From contig DATGZA010000062.1 in assembly GCA_035297365.1 (NCBI GenBank), positions 1-64,000 on the forward strand: DNA of 64,000 bases, written 5' to 3'. Source of the DNA: Nitrososphaeraceae archaeon. GTDB taxonomy: Archaea; Thermoproteota; Nitrososphaeria; Nitrososphaerales; Nitrososphaeraceae. This document shows positions 20,138 to 31,964 of the stretch, one piece after another; position 1 is the stretch's first letter; every line of letters begins with the position of its first letter. The translations under genes were made by a program, and so were the position numbers. The notes under the pieces were generated by a model. That model was not told where the DNA came from and ran no database searches. It worked only from the letters and a program-made list of their open reading frames with translations.

Positions 20138-20292
20138 GTTCGTACCTTCATTAGTTCAATGTCACCTGATGTACAGTTTTGTGAACCCCCGATGTGAGCA
20201 TGTAAAAGTTCCTTTGCTTTTTCCTTCGATAGCTTTTCCATAGAAATATGGCCACATTTTTTACACGTAATGATATAACTCCACTTAATCAA
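20134..20292 (-). CDS. Small putative zinc-binding protein
   Basis: TCKKCG...HAH...C. A TTG start at 20292 is preferred over the ORF-track start because a TATA-like element lies about 30 nt upstream. Confidence 0.55.
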   Translation of the reverse strand: MIKWSYIITCKKCGHISMEKLSKEKAKELLHAHIGGSQNCTSGDIELMKVRT

Positions 20293-21424
20293 ATGTCTAA
20301 CACTAAGATTGTTTTGTATTATCCTTATAACTGTTATAGAAATAATTGAATACCAGAAAAGATAATTATCTGTGAACATATGAAAACCTATCTGTATAAT
20401 GTTACTTTCATTTCCGTTTAGCCTTCTTTAGCTATATAGTCCCCTGCAACACCGTTCTTTACAACATTTACAACAGGGTCAACTAGAAACCATTATCAGT
20501 AGTCTTCCTGACGATTTGATATTGTTTGTTATCTACTAATATTGTTTGTTATATATGCATCATCTTTCGAAATTCAATCTCTGCTTCCTTGTTCTTGTTT
20601 ATTGTTATCCTGACTGGAACCTGGCAGTATTATCTTAAAACATTCCGTAAATTACTGCTTGCAATTATGGGATTCGTCTGGATTGAGTTTGTATTTTCTG
20701 CAAGGTTCAATAATTGTAATATTTATAAAGTCATTTAGTCACAATCCTTTTCTTGTCTTCTGCTGCTTGTACAACTCACTATAATTGCAGTAACAGTAGT
20801 GAAAACAACCTATCTCAAAGAGTTCTAATTAAAAGGATTCATACCCAGGTAACATCGTGTTGGTATCAATCATTATCTACTCTTAAAATGTTCCTTATAA
20901 AATAAATATTAAATAATTCTCTACCTTTGAGGAATTGAAGCAGATAGAAAGTATATTTATATTGATAGACAATTTGTTATTTATAGGAAGTAATGCGATA
21001 TGAATTTTACATACCTGTCATATGCTATTTATTTTGTTATATAGTGAACTTATTCCTTTACAGTCATCGAATATGGAAAAATAAGAGATGATATTCTAAA
21101 CCAGTATGGTTTATAATCTAGAATAAGAATCATGTATAGCATTTGAAACGACCTTTACTCATGAATTCAATCCTCTTATTTAATCTAAAAAATTCATTTT
21201 TGGAATATTATTTTAATTAAACAAACCAGAAAATATATCGAGAAAAATGTTCTTCTAGCAGTCAGGTGTAACTATTGAGCACATTCTATCAGAAAACATG
21301 GTTAATGATGCATTTATTTAAATTCAGTTCTAGTGTATTTAATTTCCTATTCTCAGGTAATTTATCTTGATATAAGTATAATAATGTGGAACACCTATTA
21401 TAACGTATAGGATAGTGAAAAAAA

Positions 21425-21601
21425 ATGCCGATGCTTATGTTAAAATGTAAAACCTGTGGCCAGGTTTTTCCAGGACTTTATGTCCCTGAAGGTAGTACTG
21501 ATTCTTACAAATCAGCTAATACAAATACTGATACTCTTTATACCTGTTCAAGGGGACATCAGAATAAATATAATTCCCCCGATTATACGGATTTGTCATA
21601 A
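21425..21601 (+). CDS. Small zinc-ribbon-like protein
   Basis: Not in the ORF track. Manual translation MPMLMLKCKTCGQVFPG...YTCSRGHQN...(58 aa), ending 3 nt before hflX. Confidence 0.7.
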   Translation: MPMLMLKCKTCGQVFPGLYVPEGSTDSYKSANTNTDTLYTCSRGHQNKYNSPDYTDLS

Positions 21602-21604
21602 TTT

Positions 21605-22684
21605 TTGAGCCTTACCAAAGTAGTATTAGTATCGTATCCAGATAATTTTAGATTACAAGAAGCTAAAAGTCTAATAGAATCATCATTTGCAGAAAAAAAA
21701 TATAAAATTGTGAAAGTGGTTACTCATAAATTTTTAAACCACTCTAAATTTGGTCTGGGTTCTGGTAAAGCAGATGAAATTAAAAATTTAGTAAAAGAAT
21801 CCGGAGCGGATCAAATAATTGTTGATGAGCGATTGACTTCTAAACAGACATACAATCTAGAGGATCATACGAATACAAATGTAATCGATAGAGAACGATT
21901 AATACTTAACATATTTTATTCTAAAGCTACTACGAATGAATCTAAATTGCAGATTCAACTTGCTGAAATTAAATACGAAATGCCTCGAGTCCGAGAAAGC
22001 GCAAGGATTTCTTCAGGAACTGAACGAGCGGGAAAAGGCGGAATGGGTGAGTACGTAGTCGATGTAAAGTTTAGAGATCTAAAAAGACGGGCTTCTTTTA
22101 TCAAAGAAAAATTAGATAATGCACAACGAAAAAGAGAACTTTATCATCAACAAAGATTGAAAAGTAAAATGCCAGTTATTTCGCTGGTAGGATATACAAG
22201 TTCTGGAAAAACTTCGTTATTCAATCTCTTAACAGATCAAAACAAGGAAATATCAAATAATTTATTCACAACACTAACAACAACGACCAGATCATTTAAA
22301 ATAAACGATAAAGCACTGTTGCTTACAGACACAATTGGCTTTATTAGCAGGTTACCTCATTATATGATCGACGCGTTTAAATCAACATTAGAAGAATCCA
22401 TCGCCGCGGACTTGATTTTACTTTTAATTGATTCGTCAGAGAAAATAGAAGATATCAGAATAAAGTATAATAGCTGTCGTGAAGTTCTAAATGAGCTAAA
22501 TGTGGATAAATCAAAAGTTCTAATACTATTAACTAAATTAGACAGGGTTAATTCAGATAAAATTGAGGAGATTATAAAAGATTTAAGAATTTCAAATCCA
22601 ATAGCAATATCTTCGCTGAGTGGATATGGGATACATAAATTAAAGACAATAATAGACACGTATTCAAATAACCATGGAAAGTAA
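21605..22684 (+). CDS. hflX: GTPase HflX
   Basis: GSGKADEI, IDRERLIL.IF, LVGYTSSGKTSLFN, DTIGFI and AFKSTLEE motifs. Confidence 0.95.
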   Translation: MSLTKVVLVSYPDNFRLQEAKSLIESSFAEKKYKIVKVVTHKFLNHSKFGLGSGKADEIKNLVKESGADQIIVDERLTSKQTYNLEDHTNTNVIDRERLILNIFYSKATTNESKLQIQLAEIKYEMPRVRESARISSGTERAGKGGMGEYVVDVKFRDLKRRASFIKEKLDNAQRKRELYHQQRLKSKMPVISLVGYTSSGKTSLFNLLTDQNKEISNNLFTTLTTTTRSFKINDKALLLTDTIGFISRLPHYMIDAFKSTLEESIAADLILLLIDSSEKIEDIRIKYNSCREVLNELNVDKSKVLILLTKLDRVNSDKIEEIIKDLRISNPIAISSLSGYGIHKLKTIIDTYSNNHGK

Positions 22685-23168
22685 CAATATTGATATTAAT
22701 TCTTAATATTTAGATTTTTAAAATATACTTTTAAAAAAAGTATTAGAAGAATTTGTAGGAATCTGATTTCATGAGAATTGAGTCCTCGCATTCTTGGCAA
22801 GGTTTTAGAATCAGAACTTGAAGAAACTCTCTAAATTGGTAAGTCGATTGAAGTTAAATATAATGTAATTGGTCATGCATTAAAAACTGGGTTTGAATCT
22901 GTTTCTGATAAAATCGTTGTAAGGAAAAATACCAACAAGAAAGTATTATCAATAATCACAAAAATCAAAATTATTCCCCATCAACTATCTTTTCCTTTCA
23001 ATAATCGTTATCTAGTATTAAACTCTACCAACTTGATAGGACCAGTATAGAATGTTAATATATTTGATTGAATAATATATAAACGTAGTAATTAGAAATA
23101 GAAAAATTCCAAATAACTGTAATTAATTTATTGCTTGTTACCTATAATATTAATGAAGTGAAGAAAAA

Positions 23169-24383
23169 ATGAAAAACGAAAATAATTTAAAAGTACTGAT
23201 GGTTTCCACCGAATATCCTCCGATGCAAGGGGGAATAGGAAGATATACAAATAATTTAGTGAACGCCCTAAGAAATATTGACATTGATGTCTATGTGTGT
23301 TCTGGAAGTGAAGGAAATGGAGAATACAAAGGACTATCTCCACACAATACAAATAATTCTCAATTTTTACTTAAAGTTGTAGATCAATTGCACCCAGATA
23401 TTGTACATATTCAAATGGAACATGGATTATATGGATTAAAACTTAATTCTTTGCTACCAGGTCCGATAACTACTTCGCTAGATCATTTTTATTCCAAATG
23501 TGTGCAGCCCATAATTACTACTTTCCATTCTTCATATGACTTTAAACAATGGTTAAATTTAGTGTCTATTAACCAACATAAATTCAATATTAAAAAAATA
23601 ACTGAATATTGGCAACGAATTATAAACTATAAAGCATTTCATGATTTAAATAAGCGAATTTTCCGTCAAAGTAGGGCCAATATAGTATGTTCTGATTATT
23701 TATCAAAGTTGATACCAGGATGTAAAGTGATATATCATGGTGCAAATTCGTATTTGTCTCAAAATGTTTCTAAACAAGAAGCAAGGACAAAATTGTCTTT
23801 ACCAACCAGTTCAAAAATCGCTTTAGCGCAAGGATTTTTTACTTCTACTAAGGGATGGGATATTATTAACAAGATGAAAATTCCTGATGATTGGGTGATA
23901 GTTTTAAATCATTCAAAAAATCATTATAGTCAACAGAATTTTGATATAGATATCGTTAACACTAAAAATAAGAACAGAATAATCAATCTTGACAAAAAGT
24001 ATCTTTCTGAATCTGAACTATCATTACTATTCTATTCATCAGATGTTGTAATTTTGCCGTATATAGTATGTTCTGGTTCAGGAGTAATGTTTGATGCATT
24101 AGCACATGGAACGCCTTTTATTGCATCTGACTTGGATTTTTTTAAAGAATTCAAAGAAATGAACTTGGGAATAGTAGTAAAAAGAAAACCAGATGAATTT
24201 GTAAAAGCATTAAAACAGATGGATGAAAATTATTTATCTTATAGGGCCACTATAGAGAAATTTAAAATGAGATTAGATTGGAATAGTATTGCCAATCAAC
24301 ATATGAAAATATATGTTGATACAATAATGAGAACACATTCACCTATTGGAGAAAAAGACGAACAGGTAATAATTCAGAGATAG
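23169..24383 (+). CDS. Glycosyltransferase, GT-B fold (GT4-like)
   Basis: STEYPPMQGGIGRY N-terminus and SDVVILPY...SGV...A..GTP.IASD motif. Confidence 0.88.
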   Translation: MKNENNLKVLMVSTEYPPMQGGIGRYTNNLVNALRNIDIDVYVCSGSEGNGEYKGLSPHNTNNSQFLLKVVDQLHPDIVHIQMEHGLYGLKLNSLLPGPITTSLDHFYSKCVQPIITTFHSSYDFKQWLNLVSINQHKFNIKKITEYWQRIINYKAFHDLNKRIFRQSRANIVCSDYLSKLIPGCKVIYHGANSYLSQNVSKQEARTKLSLPTSSKIALAQGFFTSTKGWDIINKMKIPDDWVIVLNHSKNHYSQQNFDIDIVNTKNKNRIINLDKKYLSESELSLLFYSSDVVILPYIVCSGSGVMFDALAHGTPFIASDLDFFKEFKEMNLGIVVKRKPDEFVKALKQMDENYLSYRATIEKFKMRLDWNSIANQHMKIYVDTIMRTHSPIGEKDEQVIIQR

Positions 24384-25374
24384 GTTCTTAATTGATATGC
24401 TGAATAAAACAGAGATAATTTAAAAAATTAGTAAAAAATATCTTTCTTAAATTTTAGTAAAATAATTGTTATTTCAGTATTTTTATATAAAAGATTTTTG
24501 ATGTCAATGAACTGTCTATTCACAAGCTGCTCTTTTTTCTAGGCTGCATGAAATATTATTATCTTCTATTTTAGAAAATTATTGAAAATCTTTATTTTAA
24601 AATATTTGATATAATAAGGAACAAATCTAGCCAGTTAGTAAAGTAATATGCCGGAACGATATGACCTTCAATTCATATCTAAGCTAACAGATTGGAAAAT
24701 ACAATAAAATTGTTCTTGTAACTATTTTCCTTCTTCAAATGAATCTATCATCTTTTTCACGACAGGTATGTAATTAGAAAGTATAGCATCTTGAGCTGTA
24801 AATCTGATCAAATATACTTTACTTTTAAATATTGTATATACTTGCATCTTTTGATCAATTCATCTTTTCCTGCTGTAGTAGAAGAAACCAAGGTATAAGT
24901 AGATTGATTTTCTTTTAACATATAGGGTTCAGATTCGTTTATTAGAAAATATTCCAACAATTTATAAAAAGGAATATCAAAAAATGATACTGCAATTATG
25001 ATATATAAAACAACAAACCACAAAATCACTAATCCATTAAATTTATAAAGGACTATGAAGAATACACAAAAGACGTTGGAGTAATAATTCCTAGAGGATA
25101 AGCATTTTCCAATGATATAAAGAAGATAATCCCTCCACTTAATCAATCTAGGGTAACAATCGGTTTGAAAGATATAGATCATAGTCTGTTTGAGAATGTC
25201 TTGGATTGAATCGCCATCATAGTAAATCCTCTCCAGGGCTCAATGAATTTGTCCACTTTACCAGTACCAGCAAGTATAAAACTCATAGTAGGAAAAACTG
25301 TTTGCTATATTAAATTGGACACTACATGAAATAATTTAAACATTTTTATATTAAATATCTAACCTAATTTTTTA

Positions 25375-26862
25375 ATGACTGACTTTATGCAAAATATTAA
25401 GATCGGATCTCTTATTATTTTTCTATCTCTTTCTCTACTGGCTCCATCTACTGTCTTTTTCTCACAAAAGGTAAATGCTCAAGCCCAAACCACTGCTTTA
25501 TCGCAAGAACAACTATATACAGCCATGGCAAATATATCAAACTCTGACAAACCAAAAGACATTGCTACACTAGCTTATCTCTGGGGATATTCACCAATAA
25601 CTGCACATCGGAGCTTTGACTATTTTACCAATCCTAATACTCCTCACGTAACGGGACAAGGTCCTGCAAACGAAATAAACTGCGCAAGCCAACTTGTAAA
25701 TGCAAGTTTTACAGATGTAGTAACCCCTAACGATGATACACTATACTGTCAATCTTGGATGGATCTAGCAAAAGAACCACTCGTTCTCGAAGTTCCGTCA
25801 GTGCAAGACAGATATATTACATTCGAGTTCTTGGATGCCTTTACTAATGATTATACATATCTTGGGACACGTGCATCAGGTGCCTCAGAAGGTACTTACC
25901 TTATCACAGGTCCAGACTGGGATGGAAAGGTTCCAGCAGATATGACAAAGATATGGTCTCCAACAAATATTGCATGGCTTCTTAACCGGATTCTGGTTAA
26001 AGGTGATTCAGACGTGCAAAATGTTTATTCTATCCAAGATAAGATCAGTTTGACTCCACTTTCAGTATTTGAAGGAAATACAACAAAAACGCATGGAGCA
26101 GATGAAATAGTGGTTTCTAACCAAGTTCCGATTAAACCCCAGCCCGCTAACATACCATCAAGTGGTATCAAACTATATGATGAACTAGGACAAGCAATGA
26201 TGGATAATCCACTTAATCCTCCAGACCTAGACCTCGTAGCCAAGCTTGCAAGCATAGGTATTGGACCAGGAAAAACACCATCAGTTGAGACAAATGACAC
26301 AATAAAGACTGCACTGGAAACAGGAATACAAGAAGGTGAGAAGATGATAGAAGCAAGAATAGCAAATATTGGAACTGTTGTGAATGGATGGTCATTTAAT
26401 ACTGAAACAGGAATTTATGGAAATGACTATCTCACTCGAGCTGCTATTACTAAATTGGGATTTGGTGCCAATATTCCTCAGGAAGCTATCTATCCAACCA
26501 CGTTTACAGACATCCAAGGGAAACCATATAATGGTGAAAACAAGTACGAAATTCACTTTGAACCTGGACAGACTCCACCAGTATATGGTTTCTGGTCTAT
26601 CACAATGTATAACGAGGAGAAATATTTCTATGACAATCCGCTTAATCGTTATTCTATAGGAGGGTACACAAATGGATTAAAGACTAACCCAGATGGTTCA
26701 CTTGATATCTATATACAGAATCAAAGTCCTGGCGCGGATAAAGAGTCAAATTGGCTTCCATCTCCTGCCGACGGTTTCTTCATGATCTTGCGTATGTATT
26801 TGCCGGCAGAACAGGTTCTGAATGGAACCTGGACACCCCCACCAGTACAGACAACAGGATGA
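25375..26862 (+). CDS. Secreted DUF1254/DUF1214 domain protein
   Basis: Signal peptide; VVTPNDDTLY, DL..EP.VL.VP, FWSITMY, NRYSI, DGSLDIYIQ, NWLPSP and RMYLP motifs. Confidence 0.9.
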   Translation: MTDFMQNIKIGSLIIFLSLSLLAPSTVFFSQKVNAQAQTTALSQEQLYTAMANISNSDKPKDIATLAYLWGYSPITAHRSFDYFTNPNTPHVTGQGPANEINCASQLVNASFTDVVTPNDDTLYCQSWMDLAKEPLVLEVPSVQDRYITFEFLDAFTNDYTYLGTRASGASEGTYLITGPDWDGKVPADMTKIWSPTNIAWLLNRILVKGDSDVQNVYSIQDKISLTPLSVFEGNTTKTHGADEIVVSNQVPIKPQPANIPSSGIKLYDELGQAMMDNPLNPPDLDLVAKLASIGIGPGKTPSVETNDTIKTALETGIQEGEKMIEARIANIGTVVNGWSFNTETGIYGNDYLTRAAITKLGFGANIPQEAIYPTTFTDIQGKPYNGENKYEIHFEPGQTPPVYGFWSITMYNEEKYFYDNPLNRYSIGGYTNGLKTNPDGSLDIYIQNQSPGADKESNWLPSPADGFFMILRMYLPAEQVLNGTWTPPPVQTTG

Positions 26863-27774
26863 AAATAGAAGAAAATAATTAGGATATATGAAATTTTAGA
26901 GAAGGTAATCTAAAAAACCTTCTTTTTTTTAGCTTGGTATATGTCCAATTTGTGTTACATATGATAGCAAAATGTTTTTTAATTGCATCAAAGTCTACAA
27001 AAATAATACATTACTTGAGTAAAAATTTTACATGTTGGTAAGTAATTGTGTCATGATACTTGTCGTAATTATTTGTCTATAAATTTAGTTAAATTATGTT
27101 TATTTTGCATTATGAAAACATTTTATATAAAATATTATTCAAATTTTACAATTCCATCTATTAGTCATCAATAATAATGGAATACTGAATTTTATTCTAT
27201 TTTATATATATTCTTCAAATCCCGAGATAGTTTATACAACTTCATCGTTATAATTTTTTTTATAGATTATGTTGAGTTAATATGAATATTAAAACTGTCA
27301 TCTTTATTGGAATGTTTTCGGTTTGAAAAAAATATATATTAATTATACTAACAAGCATTGTCATCATTGAAGTCATAATCCATATAATTTTGTCACTGAC
27401 CTTTTGCTAATTGGTAAAGATCTTGCGAGTGAATACTAAGATATTCCAGAAAATATGATATCTTACCCAGAACATAAAACAAAATTAAAGGATTGGTTAC
27501 AAAATGGAACAAACCTTCTTTTGTATTTTTGAGATTTGGGGGAATATTTTATTATACGTAAAAATCCATACATGTTTTTAATTTTTGTAAATCTTTAAAA
27601 AACAACGGGATTCATCTTTTTGGAAATATTACCTTTGCAGACTAACGCCCTATTGGAAACGACAGTTTAAATAAATACCGTTTTTTGTTTAGAACATTTC
27701 CAATATAAAATATTTTTTTTATTGGTAAGCAATATATGATAGTACAGTGGTACTAAGGATAAGAATCATTTATC

Positions 27775-28068
27775 ATGTCTTCACTTAAAGTATACAAAAG
27801 AAATTCGAATTTCGTAGATTTATCTGATCTGGTTGCAGATATTAGTAGTCTTGGTCTAAGTAGTGCCCTTGAAAAGTATTACGATAAACCACTTGAAAAA
27901 GAAGCCAAAAGTATAGTAGCAGGTCCTAGTTTTTTAATGTTCTTGAACAAATTATTTCATATTCATATAACTACTGGCGATATAATAAAATTGGAATGTG
28001 GAAATGAAAGCAAATACTATATGCTATCCTTAACTGGGACGTGGGATGAGATAATCAAATTACAATAA
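27775..28068 (+). CDS. Hypothetical protein
   Basis: 97-aa ORF with protein-like composition. No family recognised. Confidence 0.6.
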   Translation: MSSLKVYKRNSNFVDLSDLVADISSLGLSSALEKYYDKPLEKEAKSIVAGPSFLMFLNKLFHIHITTGDIIKLECGNESKYYMLSLTGTWDEIIKLQ

Positions 28069-28477
28069 TTCTAATCGGAATGAGTGAATTCATAGCAAAC
28101 ATAATCACTTTATAAAATTCTGATCTATTGAAAAGATCATCTCATAATTAACAGGGATTTAAAACCCTCCACAGATGTGACTACGTTCAATTATAAAAAT
28201 TAAATTAAATTAAAATTGTAAGTCCGATATTTTCAGTTTTTATCCTATCTTTTATAACTTTTGATCTTGTTGAAGTATCGAATTAAAGTAGAAATTGTGT
28301 AGAGGTTATATCAAAAAACTGTCCATTTGTCAAAAGAACAAAATTACCTATTGAAGTATTGCTATGATGTATTATTTGAAGACAATAGAACAGTAATATA
28401 CTATAAGATATGAACATTACAACATAAATTATTTGAAATGAATTATTGAATACTGAACTTATTGAAACAGTTCATCA

Positions 28478-28666
28478 TTATTTTAATTCCTTCCATCCTT
28501 CTTCTTTAGTCATCATTTCAAAATCTGGAACGATAAGTACATCCTCATCCAACAACTGATCTCCATCTTTTTTATAAAATCTTACAAAATCTCCCTCATA
28601 TATTGCTAAGATTTCGTTCTTTCCATCTTTATCTTCATATGTTTTCTCTGTTTTTTCTCTATACAT
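28478..28666 (-). CDS. Small acidic hypothetical protein
   Basis: 62-aa ORF with ATG start and a TATA-like element upstream. Confidence 0.55.
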   Translation of the reverse strand: MYREKTEKTYEDKDGKNEILAIYEGDFVRFYKKDGDQLLDEDVLIVPDFEMMTKEEGWKELK

Positions 28667-28989
28667 AGTATATATAATACATTGCCTTTAATCTATATGT
28701 TTCTATGGGTTTGGTGAATAATTAGATAATACACTGAATAACCAAGAATATCTCCCGAAAATAGATGGGGATATAGCTATTTGGTTTCTTTATCATAGTC
28801 ATAATTGAATCACAACAATAAGACAAGAGGAGATGTTAGAACAATTATGCATATGCGAGATGATCTGTGTAATGACATTAAAAATTTTTTAGCCTTGAGC
28901 AACTAGAAAACATATTACGCACCAAAGTCGTTCTTTGTGGACTAGTCACTAAAGATATCATTTTGATTTGAGAACTGGACGTCGGTAGA

Positions 28990-29160
28990 AATGATATCAG
29001 GCTGATATGGATCTAGTTCCAGCTTCATTTCATAGAAGGTTTCCCGAATCAGGACAATCAGATAAGCAGAAAAGAAAAGAAGGAATCTCGGAAGAAACAT
29101 CATGCAGGAAAAAGTTTGGTTAGAAAGAGAACACATTCATGGCCAGAATTCACTATCCTA
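28990..29160 (+). mobile_element. Possible degraded IS5-family transposase C-terminal fragment
   Basis: Broken frames read ...RKKHHAGK...RTHSWPEF, resembling the IS5 RWVVERTxSW motif. No terminal repeats found. Confidence 0.3.
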
Positions 29161-29176
29161 ATGTAAATCAACTTTA

Positions 29177-30151
29177 TTACTTTTGAAGACCGTTGATTCC
29201 TTGGGCAACTAGGATGGAATAACAACCAAGACCGCATTTTTCGCATATAGGTTTTAATCCTTTATTATCTGCACTTCCTATACAACAAGGCTGTTTGACT
29301 CTTCCCATGTGATCTAGAGAAATAATAGCCCATGAAGGACATTGAACAGGGGTGGTTTCGACCCCTCCCCAGTTACCTTTCATCAAAGATATTTGTTTCT
29401 CAGAATTCACTATATAATCAGGATATATTCGTTTCATTGATATAATTTCATCTACGACACTATCACGAATGTCCCCAAAAGACAACCAAAGAGGATCATC
29501 TTTTATAAATGGAGTATGAAATTGAAATCCTATTTTGTTTACTTTTCCCCTCCATTCTTGTGCTAAAGGAATTGCGGTTGTATAATTAAGAGAATTGATG
29601 GTCATAGTAATCCATATATCCTTCCAAGCAGGTTTTCCTTTCCTGACTCCTACTTTTTCGATATATTCTAATATGTTGTTTCTTGTCTTTGAATAGGATC
29701 CTTTTCCCCTGATACTGTCATGAACTTCTTCTGTTCCATCAAGTGAGACCCAATAAAAATATAGATTCTCAAACTTCTTTAAAGGAAACGTACCATTCGT
29801 GACCACACAAACCCTTCTAGGCATTTCATTACAGAACAATTGTATGATATCAGGCCTTAACAATGGTTCACCGCCAACGAGGGTAACCACAAAGATATTT
29901 TGCTTTTTAAATGTATTATCAATTATCTTTTTCCAATCCTCAACACCTAGATCATGTTCCTCCTTTCTATTAAGCCACCAGTAGCAATGAGAACAATGTA
30001 AATTGCAAACATTATTGATATCTACCGAACCATATAATGCCTGTTTAGAATGAAATACCTTTATTCCTATAATTTTTTTTATGAAATTAAGATGAAATGG
30101 CATCTCGTGTATTAAATCAGTTATTCCACGGCCATAGATTAGATCTACCAT
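29177..30151 (-). CDS. Radical SAM protein with Cys-rich C-terminal (SPASM/twitch-like) region
   Basis: CNLHCSHC, GGEPLLR, TNG and SLDG..HD.IRG motifs; C-terminal C...CC...CxxCxxxC. Confidence 0.92.
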   Translation of the reverse strand: MVDLIYGRGITDLIHEMPFHLNFIKKIIGIKVFHSKQALYGSVDINNVCNLHCSHCYWWLNRKEEHDLGVEDWKKIIDNTFKKQNIFVVTLVGGEPLLRPDIIQLFCNEMPRRVCVVTNGTFPLKKFENLYFYWVSLDGTEEVHDSIRGKGSYSKTRNNILEYIEKVGVRKGKPAWKDIWITMTINSLNYTTAIPLAQEWRGKVNKIGFQFHTPFIKDDPLWLSFGDIRDSVVDEIISMKRIYPDYIVNSEKQISLMKGNWGGVETTPVQCPSWAIISLDHMGRVKQPCCIGSADNKGLKPICEKCGLGCYSILVAQGINGLQK

Positions 30152-30561
30152 AAATTTATTAGAATATACAAATAAATAAATATATTTATAAAGAAAATAG
30201 ATAACTATTAAGTTAGATTTTAATGATCAATTTAGTTCTAGTAATAAAATAAAGAATTAGAAAATCATTATAATCTTATAATATTAAGTGTTGAATATTC
30301 TTATTTTATTTTCTAAATATTAGTATATTATATGGAATTTGATATCTTATTCATTATTAGCCTCGTTAATTTAAAGAAAAAACCTAGATCCCTATTTTCA
30401 TTTCAAAATCCATGTTCAATTTTGGTCAAATTTGATTATTAAATAATGTATTTTTTTGAAAAATAAGGCATTCATGACTTTAATGACTTTAACTTTGAAA
30501 AATTTAGATCATTATATATATCAGTTTAGCGTATAATATATTACTAGATTTAGGATAAAAA

Positions 30562-30870
30562 ATGTCATTTTTTCCGCTTAGAGATTGGCATCTCAAACAT
30601 ATGGAAAATACAGTAGTCAAATTTGTAAAGGGACTATCTGAAAACTCCACTAATTACGAAAGAAGAATGCATAGAAAATATGGTACTATTTATAATATTC
30701 GAAGACAAATAAGTCATGATATTGTACACGGTGTAACAAATCATGAAGTTATTTCATTTTTGCAAAAAATTGAAGGAGATCCGACATTTTCTGATTTATT
30801 AAAAAGTAATGGTGCCGTTGACAGAGTATGCGAAATAAAGAAATATTTTGGATTAAATAACGAAATTTAG
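30562..30870 (+). CDS. Hypothetical protein
   Basis: 102-aa ORF with an AT-rich upstream promoter-like sequence and a downstream T-tract. Confidence 0.65.
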   Translation: MSFFPLRDWHLKHMENTVVKFVKGLSENSTNYERRMHRKYGTIYNIRRQISHDIVHGVTNHEVISFLQKIEGDPTFSDLLKSNGAVDRVCEIKKYFGLNNEI

Positions 30871-31118
30871 CTTTAATACCTTCTCTTTTTTTAACCGTGG
30901 TTAGTAATCTCTTCTGTGTAGTTAAAATTTATTCTAACATGAACTATATAGAATTTGATACCCATTATAATAGAAAATGAAGATCGCTAAAATCGTGATA
31001 TCTAAATAACAATGCAAGTAACTTCTATTGTATCTTGCGACTCTAATTATAATAGATAAATTTCATTTTCCAGAATATGAAGTATGAGTTTCTAACGTCT
31101 TTCAATCTCTAATTCTCT

Positions 31119-31493
31119 TTATTTGTATTTTTCTAGGATTCCTTCTAATCCTTTTTCACCAACTGCACCTACGGCCCTTTCGGCAACTTCTCCATTTAAA
31201 AATACAATGAAAGTTGGAATCGCATATACATCATATTTTACAGCAATTGATTGGTGATCATCCACATTGAGCCTTCCAAAACTTATTTTATCTGAATATT
31301 TACTCGAGAGCTTATCAAATACAGGCAGCATAAATTTACATGGACCGCACCACGTAGCCCAAAAGTCAACTAATAAAGGCTTAGTACTTTTTATTGCATA
31401 ATCAAAATTTTTTTCGGATAACTCTATAATGTTAGCTTTGCTTGCATCCGTATCATTAGGATAATTTCCAATATCTTCATTCCCTTCATACAT
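31119..31493 (-). CDS. trxA: Thioredoxin
   Basis: VDFWATWCGPC and cis-Pro IPT motifs. Confidence 0.95.
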   Translation of the reverse strand: MYEGNEDIGNYPNDTDASKANIIELSEKNFDYAIKSTKPLLVDFWATWCGPCKFMLPVFDKLSSKYSDKISFGRLNVDDHQSIAVKYDVYAIPTFIVFLNGEVAERAVGAVGEKGLEGILEKYK

Positions 31494-31964
31494 AGATTCT
31501 TTTTTAAAAAATGATATTTAAAATTTATTGTAGAAAAACAGTAACTCAATCAAATACATTTAAAACCAACATTGATCTAAAAATAAAAGAAATAATGATA
31601 TAAAAGCATTTAATGGATAAAAAATTCTACAAAAAGTATTTAAATACCATTTATGAAAAGTACATCTAAGAAAAGTGGATAATAGTTTGACTAAACATAT
31701 ATTTTATGGAATATTTTAAAGGTCACTAAAGATAGTAGATTCGATAAGCGATAAAAATAAAATATTTTTCATAATCTTTCCCTAAAAAATTGAAGATAAT
31801 AAACCGCAATTTGTTATTAAGGTAGAGAAAATGAAATAAAATAATTCGAATATCTCTCAACATATTTGGTGTAACTTGGTATTTTTAAAAATCAAGATTT
31901 TTACGCTTCATTTATCTAGCGAAAAATATTTGTAACATTCAGTAAATAATGCCGAGATTTCAAA

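Noticed and set aside
20390-20850. Possible decayed gene with a short ATATTGTTTGTTAT duplication
   Set aside because: Multiple stops in all frames examined and no recognisable family.
24650-25290. ORF 24808-25182 as a real gene
   Set aside because: Looks like out-of-frame remains of a decayed membrane-protein gene. No motif supports a call.
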